From Vitrella brassicaformis CCMP3155 (lineage: Eukaryota; Protista; Chromerida), in contig CDMY01000510.1 in assembly GCA_001179505.1 (NCBI GenBank), positions 248,001 through 312,000 on the forward strand: 64,000 nt of DNA, read 5' to 3'. Shown in pieces: positions 47,005-59,800 of this stretch (positions are counted from its first letter, which is position 1; each line of letters opens with the position of its first letter). Both the position numbers and the translations under genes were made by a program. Under the pieces are notes generated by a model, which was not told the origin of the DNA, ran no database searches, and worked only from the letters and a program-made list of their open reading frames with translations.

Positions 47005-49088
47005 ATGGCGGCAGCTGCTGCTGCAGCGGCAGCACCGTCCAGCAAGAAGCGGAAGCTGCCCGCTGGTCTCGCTGATCCATCCAGCCTGCGTGAGTTGACG
47101 AGCGGTCTGCCGACCATCGACGCCTGTCTGGCGGCAGTGGCCGACTCGCTTGACGATTGGAAGGCTAGCGTGCAGAGTGCAGTGGAGGCCGCCGAGTTAG
47201 AGGCCAAGCGACTGGTGGATGAGATTAAGGGGATGATAGAGGGCAGTGGCGGTGTGCTGGAGCACGGCATCCTGGAGGAGTATCTGCGGCTCAACGTGGG
47301 AGGTGAGCTTGAGGCGTGAAGATCAGTGCAGTGCAACGGACGACCCGTTTCAGATTTGTTTGATGATCTGTGTGGGTGGTGTGTTTGCAGGTCGCGTGTT
47401 GTCGTTTCCGTACGAGGCGTTGGTCCACCCCGAGCTGCACAACACGGTTGTGGCTCAGATGCTGCTGTACTTCAGAGCCGCCCTCCCCCAGGATGCCGCC
47501 GGCAACCCGTTCGTCGACTCATTCGATGGGTACTTCGATAGACTGGCCGGTGAGCGCGATGAAGGCGACTGTTTCAGATGAGATTCTGATTCCTCTGTCG
47601 TGTGTGTGTGTGTGTGTCACATGCAGATCAGGTGTCCATGGTGTATGCTGGGCAGCTGGGCGGCCTGGTGCTGTTCGATCCGGAGGCCGCCGATCCTGCG
47701 CACGCAGAGCCCCACGCCATCTTCGCCACCAAACTCGACCTCACGCCACCCGTCAACACGCCAGCCACCCCCCCAGCAGGCAACGACCGGTCGCTGGAGG
47801 GACTGGCGGACGTAGCCGACAGGGCCCTGGCTGGTGTCAAGCGGCGCATCATGGCACTGCGCAACACCAAGTGGGCGTATGAGAAGCTCATCGATTTTTT
47901 GGGGCCATTTCTGAAGAGCGGCAATGTGGAGGAGGACACCATCGTGAGTGTGCAGATCCGTGGCGAGACCGTGTCGACGGTTAAGGCCACACTCAACCGC
48001 CTCGGGACCAATCATGCGCTCTACAATAGATTCGACACGTGAGCTGACGCACATCACACACGGATGGCAGGTGGCAGACAGAGAGCTGTGCGCCTTCTCC
48101 ACGACTTCACTTTGGGGTGCTGGCCAGGGATGCGGTGGCGTGGAGCGGTGCGGATGTGCGCAAGACATCGTTTGAGCACTTCCGGCGCATCGTCGACTTC
48201 GCCCGCAGACAGCGGTATGGCCGCCGGAGGAATGGACAAAACAGGCATGCAGCCAATTGATGTGTACGGCTGTGTCAGGACCGGCATGGCGGGCAGCGCG
48301 GTGAAACCGCCGGTGGTACAGGCATCGATGATGGAGGCGTTGGAGGAGGACTGCACCATGTACGGCATCAAGAAAGAGGAGTTTCGCACCAGCATCGCAT
48401 CGGCGAGCGAGGTCAAGAGGGTGCTCACGATGATGGACAAACGAGACCGGCAGCTGAAGCTCCTCTATAAGTGAGGGCGGAGAAAAACACAAGGAAATGA
48501 ATGCGGGCTTGCTTCTATCGTATCATATGCACTGGGTCTCTGTGGGTGAAATATTTGTGCAGGATGAGTCGCGACGGGGCTGCGTACACCGACCTGCTCA
48601 ACGGTGTCGGCGACGCGAGCGGCCTGCTGTTCGTCATCCAGGACGGCAGCACACACAAATTCAGCGCCTTCATCGACGGCCCCCTCGCACAGCCCGCCGA
48701 CCCCACACGCCACAAGGTCAGCCGCTGCCCCATATCGCTCTACAGCATCAGCGGGGCGTATGACGCGCCAACCAAGATCCCCCTGCCGGCAGAGAAGCCA
48801 CAGAGCGTGGCGGTCGCGGGGCGGGAGGGGGCGGTGCTGGGCAGCAGTGGGCAGTCAAGCGGCAACGTGTACATCGGCGAGATGGGTGCAGCAGTGCTCT
48901 GGCTGGGCAAGGCCGAGCCCGGTCCAGCTGCTGACCTGCGCAGCTGCCACGTGTGGGTCACAGAGGCCCACTTGCCTCCCGGCTATCGGGGGGCGATGGA
49001 TGAGGGCAAGGGCATACTGGCGACAGACAAGAACTTCACAGCGACGGAAATCGATGTGCTTTCTCTGGTGGGCGGGGTGACACGATAA
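47005..49088 (+). CDS. BTB/POZ-like plus TLDc-like domain protein; multi-exon
   Basis: BTB start YLRLNVGG|RVLSFPYEAL. A second BTB-like segment reads VSVQIRGETVSTVKATL..FEHFRRIVDFARRQ. TLDc-like C-terminus: LKLLYK|MSRDGAAYTDLLNGVGDASGLLFVI..HKFSAFIDG..FTATEIDV. Confidence 0.72.
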
Positions 49089-49400
49089 TACGCGCCTGCA
49101 CACATGGACGTCGACGTGCTCTTCTCATGTGTGTGTGTGTGTGTGTGTGTTTGTTCAGGTGTGACGCCGTCGATCGTAGCGACCGGCGACAGACGTATTC
49201 ACGAACCCGTGTTGTGTTGATGGTAGCGTCATGGAATGGCTGCGTGCTCAGTGCGATCAAATGATTTACATACATGCGGCACGGACACAGCAACAGCGTA
49301 CACACACCCATTCATTCACACACACACACACATGCACACACACCGTCAGCAGTCAGGACGGACGACACTCAGCAATCCTCCCACCCCTCCCAGCCGACAC

Positions 49401-52074
49401 TTAGCCCTCGGCCGATTCCTCGTTTTTGGTGTCAGTGGTCTGCTTGTTCTCGGTCTCAAAGGCCGTCATGTGCTGAATGGCGTTCTCAAATTTCTCCAAT
49501 TTCCTGCAAACACGCAGCACAACACAACCACAGCCGATGGCAGCCGTGGCCTGGCCACAATCAGGCGCTCTCTCAGCAAGTCGGCTTAACGTACCAGCAC
49601 TTGGATGGACAGTCAGACTTCTTGAGAATGTTCTTATTCTGCCCAGCGTCGTCCCAGCAGTCGACGATTCCGAAGTAGGGGCTCTCGTTGAGCGGCTCCA
49701 GACACTTGAAGCCGTCCTGAGCTGTCCTTTTCTGAAACACGCAACACACATACAGGGGTTGCCTGTCTGTCCGTCTGTCTGTCTGTCTCTGTGCGTGTGA
49801 GAGGTGTCGGGCCAACCATGAGTCTGAAGAAGTGGTTCTTGACCTTGTCGACGCACTCGCTCATGTAGGCCACGTCCCACTCGTCGTTCCAAATCTCACG
49901 CTTGAAACGATGCTGGGGCAGACAGACAAAGATGCCACGTGGAGAGAGAGACACCGAGACACACAGACGGAGATGTGGACCAATGACGGCTGGCTGTTCT
50001 GGGGCTTTTTCCTCTTGTACTCTCTTTTCGAGGGAGTAGTCCTTGGGCCTGTAGTCGCACTGCCGCATCTGCAGCTCGTAGCTGATCGTGTCCGTCAGAT
50101 TCTTGCTCAGCATGCCGAGACACTACCACACACAGAGAGACGGTATGTGTGTGTCTCCCCCCCTCTGCCCTGTGTGCGTGTGTGTGTGTGTCGTAGCTCA
50201 GCTCAGCCAACCATGCCGTTCATGTTTCTGAATCTGTATTTGCAGACGCGTGTGGTGTCCTCGTTCTTGTTGTTTTTGAACTTCTCCATGATCTCGGTGC
50301 AGCCGGCGCCCGGGAGGATGGCCCAGATGTTCTGGAAGGTGGGGTTGGACTGGGAGGGGTTCCTCCCGCACTCTGTCGATATCTCCAGACCTGCTGCCTC
50401 ACCCTGTGTGGTTGGTGAGACACAACACAAGATGAGATAGAGGGTTCTCTCGGCCGCGTGTGATATATTTTGTCGTCATTCTTTTCTCACGTTGCCGGTG
50501 TAGGTGAGGCAGCCCTGCTGGCCGGCCTTCATTGTCCAGACTGCACACAGATATAGAGGAGAGAGAGAGTGAAGGCGGGCGGATGAACGGGCGTATTATT
50601 CTCTCTGGCTCGTTGCTGACTGTTGGGTGTCTTTTCGATCTGCCAGATGCCTGGGTGGCCCTTCTTTGGGTTGTCAGCAGGACAGTCCACCAGCCGGTAC
50701 GCCGTGGGGGGATCCACATCTGTGGGTGGACGGACGGGCAGCTTGCACGTGAAAAACGCATTGAGGTCTTCCTCTTGATATATGGTTTGCTTACCGTCTC
50801 TGGCCAGGCAGAGCAGCGTCTGCTGCTCATGATCTGAAAGGTCTTCTCGACTGCAAAACACTCCCAGCCCAGCCCAGCCCCCATCCACCACAGCGATAGA
50901 GACAGACACCAACGGGGTGATCATTCCTTTCCTTCCTTCGTACGTACGCTGGTGTTTGATCCTCCACATTTGCTTCTTGGAGATGGTCTGCCCCGCCGTG
51001 CCGGCCGACTCACACGGCTCCGTCGTCACCTTGGGCGCCCCGCTCTCCTCCTCTTCAGCGATGCTCAGGCACACATCGTCCCGGACGTTGCGCATCTGGA
51101 ACCGGGGCTCCTTGCAGGGGCTGTCGGCCAGCTCTGCAGCCGACGGACGGGAGGCGCCGGGAGTTAGCTTGGACACGCAGTCGGCGGCAGTGCATGGGTC
51201 AACGAAGGCCAGCTCGAACTGACCGGAGCGCTCGAAGGGAATGCACTCACGCTGTAGGAAAGAGAGGCAGATGGATCCATGGACGATGAGCTACGCAGGC
51301 AGAGTGTGGATGTTCATAAGAGTTACCAGTGCCTTAGCGTCGAGGCATCGTTGGTTGGTGAGGCACTCGTCGGGGCATTCAGGGGTGGTCGTCTTGATGT
51401 TAAACGCTGCACAAACAAGACAAGACAAAAAGTCTGTGCATGGTAGAGAATACATCAGCTGCTCCTCACCGCAGGCCTGACAGCTCCGTTGGCAGACATG
51501 CATCAGCTTAAGCCCACGCTGGACAGAGAGAAACACGTGCACCCGAATTGGTAGGTATAAGCAGTTTGTGTCTCCCTCCCAGTGGCCTCACAAAGAAGAG
51601 ATTGTTGGATTTCTCCGGAATCCAGTTCTGCATGCACATCTCGGCTGGGCTGGTGCCCGTCGCCAGCTTGGTCTCACACCCACCGCCCTCCTGGCTGCCC
51701 ACATAGGCGTCGAAGATGTTGTCCTGGATGTCGGTGCACCCCAACCGGGCCAGCAGGCTCTTGAGGGTGTTCTCAACCGCACCTGCCCCCTCGGTCTTCT
51801 CTTCAGTCGGTTGATCCTCCTCCAGAAAGGCAGAGGGCGTTGACGCGTTGACGGCTGCACTGTGCCGATGGCCTGCATTGCAACAAGGAGCCATGATGAC
51901 AGTAAGGACCGCACTGCAGAGGCGGTGCTTACCAAATCGAAATGTCCCCCTTGGAGAGATGAGTGCGTCCAGCTGTTCCCTTGTTCTCGTTTCGTAGGCT
52001 TTCGCTGCTGCGATGATGGCCATTGCAATGCCAGCCACCAGCATGATGGCCGATGGATGACGTGAACAAGCCAT
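49401..52074 (-). CDS. Secreted Cys-rich protein with an ShK-like domain and ricin-B-type lectin repeats; multi-exon
   Basis: Signal-like MLVAGIAMAIIAAAKA. A six-Cys unit ends in MHVCQRSCQAC. Ricin-like repeats: MRNVRDDVCLSI..VTTEPC..KQMWRI, LCLARDG..LVDC..GIWQI and GCLTY..TEC..QNIWAI. Confidence 0.62.
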
Positions 52075-52479
52075 CAGCCGCCGGAGCGGGTTGCCGGATG
52101 CGATTGGAGTGTATGGCCTGCAACGAGCCGTGGCTGCGATGCGGGAGGGAATGGAGGGAAACCTGCCCCCCGAGGCGAGCTTTTGGGGCCCGTGGCATCC
52201 GCAATCGAACTCCGGGACTTAGACAATCGGACACAGACAATCGGAATCGGACAAGTTGGACTCAATTGGTTGACGTGCGTGTTTCATGCATTCGGTGTCT
52301 GCTGGAGCCCAGTTGGTAGGGCCGGCGGCAGCAGGGCCCTTTCTCTACTATGAGTCACGTCTCGAAGACCTGTAAGACCAGGGAGGGAAAGGCAAACGAA
52401 CAGAGGCTACACACAGGGACGGATCACACATGAGACGGTCTGATAATTGTTTTGGTGTCTGTCTGGTGTCCGTGTAGTG

Positions 52480-55400
52480 AGAAGCGCCGACAGCACCTGG
52501 ATGAGAGGTATGCAGCCGCAGAAGCGACCGCATGCACTCGGCCATGCCCGTTCTGTCTGTTGCCATGTTTGCAGGCTTGTGCTGCGTCGCGAGGTGGTGT
52601 GTCGGGAGGAGGGCATCCGGGCAAAAATCATGCAGAAGAGGCTCGACAGGATACAGGTGCGCACAGAGGCCGGTTGTCCGCTGGTGTTGTGCCATTCATT
52701 ATCGATGTCACCTCACCGGCCATGCAGGCAGAGGAGCCCAAGATGAATGACAGGAACCAGCGGCTGTTGAAGGAATTGCATCGGAAGTCACAGTCCATCA
52801 GCCCCAGGGGACGGGGCAGGTCGCCTTTCTTCGGGTATGCACAGCACAGCAGCGAGGGTGCGCTATACGCTTGCATGCATGTGCAATGGTTTGTTTGTTC
52901 GTTAACAAACAGTATATCGACGAGCCATGTGCTCAAAGACCAGAAGTCGCAGTTCCTCAACATCATACAGGTCAGTCAGTGAGATCAACATCATGGCAGG
53001 CGATGGATGCGCAGATATCCTCTTACCAATACTTGGCTCCGTGTGTGTGTGTCTGTGCAGTCCGCGTCATTATCGTGGCAGCGTCAGGTGGAGGAGGACT
53101 GCAGGAGACACATAAACAGGACACAGATACAAACAGAGGTAAGGCGGTACACACACACACACACACACAATGATCGTACTCTTCCGGTTCGTTCTCGGCA
53201 GCGTTTGAAGGTTCGTCGTCTGGAGCTGGATCGCTTCTGGACGGTGCAGCAGCAGCTCATGCAGGTAGGGAGGTATACAAACACTAGACAGACACAATGA
53301 AGGAAGGCATCAGACAGTCAGGTGAAGGCCTGCAATGCCTGTCCAATGGTATACGTAGGAACTGCACTCAGCGAGGAAGGAGCTGGCCGACGAACAGGTG
53401 AGTGACGGACGACAGAGACGTGACAATATGAAAGGGCCTGCACGTCACTCATTCATTCATACGCTTCTCTCTCCCTTCCGCTTGTTGTGCCAGCGGCGTT
53501 TGAACGACGAGGCCCGGCGTCGGTACCTGCAGCTGCTGGAGCAGAGGATGCAGCCGCCCCCACACGCCGCCACGGCACCCGCACCAAATGTCCAACACAT
53601 ATTCGTGCGACATGAGGTCAGTCAGCTGCACATGAGTGAGTTGACTGACATGCAAGGGGGACATGATCGCTTCACGCGCCCGCCCTCTCGTGCCTCCCTC
53701 TCTATCTATCAGGGAACGAGCAGCTCCACTGTACGTTTCCTGGCCGGGGAGCTGACCAACGGTGCCTCCAATCCCTCCATCATATCTGTCTCTTCCCCCC
53801 GCCATGACGACCAATCCCGCTCGTCCGCCGGGCGGTCAGCGTCTCAGGCCCGTTTTCTCTCCATCGGCTCCCCGACGCCAGGCAGCCGCCTCAAGTGGCA
53901 AGAGCCACAGACACTCCCAGAGAGCATCCCAATGGCGAGGGAGAAAAGCGATGAAGGGGATTATCAACACGACGAGGACTTGGAGACATCGCCAGAGTGC
54001 TCTCCCGGCTCTTACGACGGGCTGTCCAAGGTGTCGCGGCTGTCGCACATCAGCAAGCTCTCCCGGGGTGCGCGGCGCTCAGCCAAGGCCAAGAAGGCTG
54101 CTGGGGCCAAGAGGTCGGCCCTTGCTGTCGACCAAAGGGCGAAGCTGTCTTCTGGATCACCCTCACCCACCTTCAGCCCTTCAGAATTCGAGGCCCAGTC
54201 ACGGCTTGCGGCACATCAACCGGCAGCCGTCAGAGTGGAGGCCGAGAGACCGCCCCCGAGACGTGTGGAGACGGAAGGACTGGCGCGTGCACCTGAGGCC
54301 CCATCTGCCCCGCCTCGCATAGTGAAGGCGATGTTGCCGGTGCGATCGCAGCTGCCTGCCGGGTCGTGGGGTGCCGAGGTGATGCTGCAGCTGGGGCTGG
54401 ACCCCAGTGACCACGACGTGATTGGCGAGATAGGGCCGCACCCCAGGACAGCACCGGCAAGAGCATCGGCTGGGGTGAGTGGACGAAGCCATTTCGGTGT
54501 TTGGGTGTCATGGGCGATCGATGGGCGTGTCTCTGTGTGTGGTGGATGTGGGTGCAGGACATGGTGTTTGATGACGATGCCTCGCGCAGTGCGACGATCG
54601 CCACAGCATTGAAGAACAGAACATATAAGTGCGCCGAACAGAAGCCATTCCTTCCAACAAGAAAGCTTCACGTGCATACATAATTATGTGTGTTGGCATG
54701 TCTGTCTGTCTCAGTGCGCTTGAGAGGATGGAGCAGGACCTGCTGCATGACCTCCACAGACTGGACGCCTTCCAAACGGACCTCCACATGCACATGCAGA
54801 TGAACACCGCCCCACCGCCACTCTCTTCCGTCCACTCCCGCGCCCGCCAGCAGACAGACAGCCTGACGGTCCCCCTCCCTCCCCTCTCCTCCCACTCGAC
54901 CCCCGCACTCCACAGACGCCCCTCGCCAATCGCCCAGCCGCTGGGCACCTCCCTGCCGCCATCCGAGCTGGGCACGGCCACGTCTCCGTTCCACACCGAC
55001 AGGCAGACGACGGACAGGACAGCCAACCAGCCATCATTCCGCGAAGGACGAGGGCAGGCCCCGACTATCTCACCGCCGGTGAGTGGACAGCGGTGGGGGG
55101 AGCGGACGGGCGACTTCGGCTCTCCCAGCGAGACCAACAACAACACCATGAAGGTCGGCACTCTGCCCTCCATCATGGAGCACGGGGGCAGCTCTGGACA
55201 GCTCAACAAGTCAGCCGATGAGACTGCCACAGCCGCCCCTCCCCCGCCCCCTCCACATTCACAGCATCCAGAGGCCCTTCCATCACTCCCACTGCCGAGA
55301 GGAGAAGAAGAAAAGGCCGCCGATGAGACATCGAAGCCCAACTCCACAGCCACGGAGACAGCCACGCAGCCGCCCATATTCGGATCGGCAAGCGGCGGCA

Positions 55401-55600
55401 TGGGGACCCTGGCTGGCGGGCATGAGGAGGGCAAGAGCTACTTCATCGGTGGCAAGAGTCGTGGGAGTGGGAACTTGGCTGAGCTTGACCGGTTGATAGA
55501 GGGGGAGAGGGAGAGGGAGCAGTCGAGTGGGGGCGGAGTGATGATGCCTGAGGAGGATGAGTTTGAGGACGACGAGGGGCTGCCGCTGCCCGGGCTGTGA
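52480..55600 (+). CDS. Hypothetical multi-exon protein; coiled-coil N-terminal part with a Ser/Pro-rich disordered remainder
   Basis: Exon-like segments lie between GT-AG introns (EEGIRAKIMQKRLDRIQ, RLKVRRLELDRFWTVQQQLMQ, RRLNDEARRRYLQLLEQR), followed by long ORFs at 53700-54480 and 54715-55600. The start is not determined. Confidence 0.5.
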
Positions 55601-56262
55601 GTGGTATGGGGTATGATGCGTATGTGTACTTGGCTGCATCCACGTGATGAGATAGATGTGCTCCTGCCCTCGACGGACGCAATTGCACGACACTGTCCCC
55701 TATGTTGTTGGATTGAAGATAGCGATTGTTCCACTTGTTCATCATATGTACACCCCCCACCTGATCATCGATCGCAACGGAATGTCATCACACCACATCC
55801 GTAAGTGTCTGTCCGCATCCCATCACATGAGTATAGCGCTGCCAAGAAACCGCGACCATTCATCGTGTCACCGACGAATGGCGCCGTCAGCCAGCAGCGC
55901 TCCACTCATGCCATAGGGAACAGACATCAAAGAAACATTCGACGACAGAACACCGTACCGTCTTTGCTAGCTGAGCTGTCCACACGAATGGTATGGTATT
56001 TGGTCTTCTGGCCGCCCCGCTGGGCAGATCCTGCGTCGTAATGGAATCGCACACAACGGACAGGCAGAAGACCAAATGCCACACACACGCTACCAACACA
56101 GGGTCCTCTCTCTCACTCTCTGCCCATGTCAACACCACATGAAAAACAGGCTCATCCGTTCTCTCCCCAATCCATAAAGCAAGCATCCGAGCAAAAGCTG
56201 CTCCCACGCACACTCACATGCGTCCGTCCATCCCGCACAGCACAGCGCAGCGCAGCGCCTCG

Positions 56263-56691
56263 CTAGTGGTCCCTCCTGAGCAAGAAGTATATCCTCGTGT
56301 CGAGCTGGAGGTTCTCGAGGTGAATGCGGTCGCCGGAGAGACTCATGAGTAAGCCGCCGAAGGATGCGTAGAGGTTGACCTTCTCGTCGCCCTTCTCCTG
56401 GTACTTGAAGATCTTGCCATACATGATGTAGTCCCACATGTCCATAACGTCGCCGCCCTTGTCCCAGAAGTACTGCCCGCCCTCCACGTCCGGTGGGGCG
56501 AGTTTGTCGTTGAGTGCGATCTTGACGACCTCGTTCTCGTTGATGGGGAAGATGTCCGTGTTGATGTCGATGGTCATCTCGAGCTCCAGTGACATGCCTT
56601 CGCACTTGACGCGAGACACCTTCTCGAACTTGGAGTTGTCCACGCTCTTCACCTTGAACGCGTCATCAAGCAGATGGGGAGATAAAGCCAT
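56263..56691 (-). CDS. RPB8: RNA polymerase I/II/III shared subunit RPB8 (RPABC3); intronless
   Basis: LLDDAFKVKSVD..KFEKVSR, LEMTIDINTDIFP, DYIMYGKIFK and VNLYASFGGLLMSLSG..IYFLLR; 142 aa. Confidence 0.96.
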   Translation of the reverse strand: MALSPHLLDDAFKVKSVDNSKFEKVSRVKCEGMSLELEMTIDINTDIFPINENEVVKIALNDKLAPPDVEGGQYFWDKGGDVMDMWDYIMYGKIFKYQEKGDEKVNLYASFGGLLMSLSGDRIHLENLQLDTRIYFLLRRDH

Positions 56692-56737
56692 TTCAAAGAG
56701 CTAGTGAACCGCGAGCTCAAGACCTCTGAGGTCTGCA

Positions 56738-56750
56738 AGCTTAGCTCGCA
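56738..56750 (-). promoter_or_regulatory. Candidate promoter motif TGCGAGCTAAGCT between the divergent RPB8 and Sushi genes
   Basis: The + strand reads agcttagctcgca. An opposite half-site gcgagctc is at 56711-56718. The gap between the two ATGs is 130 bp. Confidence 0.6.
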
Positions 56751-56821
56751 AGCCAATGCATGAAATGCGGAACACCAGTGCAACAATGCTTGAAGAGGGC
56801 ATAACATGATCAGCGGCGAGT

Positions 56822-59800
56822 ATGCGGATGGTCTGCTTCCTTCTCATTGCACTGCTGGGCTGCCCACCCTCTTCAAGTTTCCTCCTCGGCCATCTTGCCA
56901 GCTTCTTCCGGCACCACAACCACACGCAGCACACTGCTGCAGAGGAGCCCATCAACCGCACAAACGTCCTTGCTGCTGTGAGCCGCCATGTGAATTGGGC
57001 TTTGCAGAGGCTGTGGTTCGATGACTCTCAAGGGGCCGAGGGGCTACAGGCAGACTCTGTGTCGGCTCAGAACAGCAGCGACGAGGACACGTCTACAGGT
57101 GAACACGCGTCCGAGGACCTATCTCTAAGGCCTGGCCATCAGGGCAGGAGGGCATTCGGAGCTGTGCCCTCTCTCCTGCAAATCGGACACAGAGGTGAGG
57201 AAGGCCATGCATGGAGGGACAAAACGATTGACTGACTCACTCATGTCATGTATGTGTGATACTACATTCTCTGTATGTAATGCTCAGCGAGGCGTGCTCG
57301 GGGATGGAGGAAGCTGGTGCAACAGACACACAGGCCTGATGTGACGGAGCGACAGTGCAGCAGCATGATGGACGAGGGGCTCACTTACGTTGGCCAGCGG
57401 GTGTTCGTCAGGCGGGGTGAGCGCCGCAATGGTGTGATCCGGTGGAAGAACTACAAGAGGGTCAGCAGCCTGGATGCATCGCTGGTGCCGAATGACACGG
57501 CCAGGGTACCCATATTCTCTGCGGGGTGAGTTGAGTGAGAGAGGGAAAGACAACCGACCGCTATTGGCCAAAGACTGTTAAATTCAGATTGGGTGTCACC
57601 TTCCCTCTTTCACCACACCACATTCCCTCAAGACACAGGCGGCATGTTTGTCTGTGCTGAGTACCCGAGACCTCGATGGGGACGAGGGCTGGACGATATT
57701 TGTGCTCTTCAGCACGCCCAGCCCCTCCTCCCTGGCATCAGTGTTACTGGACAGGACCACGGGGCTCCAGGTGGTCGTGCAGAGGGATAAGGGCGAAGGG
57801 CAAGGGGGGCCGGTGCATTTTGGCTTGCGAGTGGGCAACGATTCTGTGGTGGTGCCCACATCCACTGACCTCCCTGTGATGCACGCTATCGTCATCCGGT
57901 TGGTGCCAGACCCAACAGACACACCGAAGCTCAGAGTATGAAGGGAAAAGAAGAGCGACAAACGCCACAAAGGCCAAGTAAGTGTGCTGCCGTTATTTCT
58001 GTAGGTGTGGGTCTATCGTGAGAGATCCCTCTTGACGGCAGAGGAGGGCGACTGGATCACAGACAGCCGTGCGATTGATTCTCTCCACCGGCGGGGGCCA
58101 TTCGTTGTCGGATGTGACCTTTACGGCCACCATTGCCTCCACGGTATGTCTTACACACAACACAGAAGAACGAGATAGTCCGCGGGATAGCGTCCACGTG
58201 ATTCGATCAGGTTCCATGCGGTCGCTAATGGTCCGTTTCCGTCCCTTGACTGGTGACCAAGTCATCAAAGGGATGGACGAAATGGACGCCATTCTAGGTA
58301 TGTATGAGAATGAATATCGAAGAGAATTCGCGGGAAAGAGAGATTTTTGACCTCTTTCTTTTCGTTGTCCTGTCCCTTTTCAGGCCGATCTGGTTACTGC
58401 GGCAACGGCGTTGTAGACGGAGGGGAGGAGTGCGACACGCCAGAAGATGACGGGACGTGCTCCATCGGATGCAAAAGTGACAGACAGACGACACATGCAG
58501 AGACCCCAGATACATACACCAATGATATATATGGGGTTGTATCAGAGTTGTGTGAGCCATGGTTTGAGTACGAGGCCGTCCACCAGCTGAATCGGCACTA
58601 CATAGAGCTTGAGGGCCCAAAAACGACGCCAACACGGATGCCGGGCGAGACACGGACACTGCGGTGCCATCTCGGATACAGCCCCGGACATCGGCATACG
58701 CACACGCAGACGATCGTGTGCGAGCACGGCAGGTGGACGCCGCCGTCGCTCAACTGCAGACGTAGGCCTGAAGTCAGGCCAATCCATTCTCTCTGCGAGT
58801 CACCTCCCTTGTTGCTTGCAGGTGACTTCGCCTTGTCCTATCAGCTGATAGCTCCCCGTGACCTGCATGTCTCCAACCACACGCACGACAAGCGGCATGG
58901 CACAGTGGTGGAGGTGTCATGTCGCGAAGGGCTGCAGCTGGGCGAGGGCGTCCCGAGCGGCCCCCGGCACGTCAAGTGCATTGACGGAGAGTGGACCAGT
59001 CCGGGACTCCAATGCTTCGGTCAGTGAGCAGCTCTGACATCGATGACAGACAGCACAGCACACACCAGATTCCTTTTTCTCAGCTTCGTGTGGGGGGTAT
59101 CCTGACCTTGGTCCCCACTACCGCATCGAGGGTGGGTCAGGCAGCGTACGGCATGGTGCCGTGCGGACTGTGACGTGCAGAGAGCCCTACCGGTCGACAT
59201 CAGGCGCTGACAGCGCTGTCGTGTACTGCTCACACGGCCGATGGACAGAGCTGGACCTCAGCTGCGAAGGTGAGTGAGTACCACGGATCAGCAATTGATT
59301 CCCATTGACGCTGCTTGTTCTGCAGCCCCGTGTCCGCGGTACGAGGCCCCGTCACCCCCTTGCGTGGTTGTCAACACGTCTCGGGCCAACCACACCAGCC
59401 GCCCGCCGAACATGCACCTGGGTGACGTGAGGCATCAGGGGGGCTGGATAGAGATCGGCTGTGACAGGCGGATCTCCGCAGCATCGTGTCACAAATTCGG
59501 CCAGGACTGCGCGGCCGACCCGCAGCGGATTTGGTGTTTGGGGGGCAGGTGGCAAAAACTGACGCTCTCATGCCACTGTAAGCCATCCGCTACTGCTGCA
59601 TCCTAATGATGAGTCCTGTAGCCCCTCCCTCTGTGCGTCTGTCTGCAGACAACTGTCCTGGTTTGGAGGACTTCAAGATCACCAACACCCGTGCGCGGCC
59701 GGACCTTTCTTGGCCCCGCTACACTCTCAAGTACGGCGGCAACCGCCATGGTGACGTGACTGACCTCACCTGCAGCGACGGATACGTGCCGGTCAACCGA

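Noticed and set aside
10448-49088. Apparent functional cluster of ubiquitin-system genes (SINA, RNF32-like, RING, Ubl-RING, BTB)
   Set aside because: RING and BTB genes are abundant in eukaryotic genomes. These are unrelated families interspersed with other genes, so chance is sufficient.
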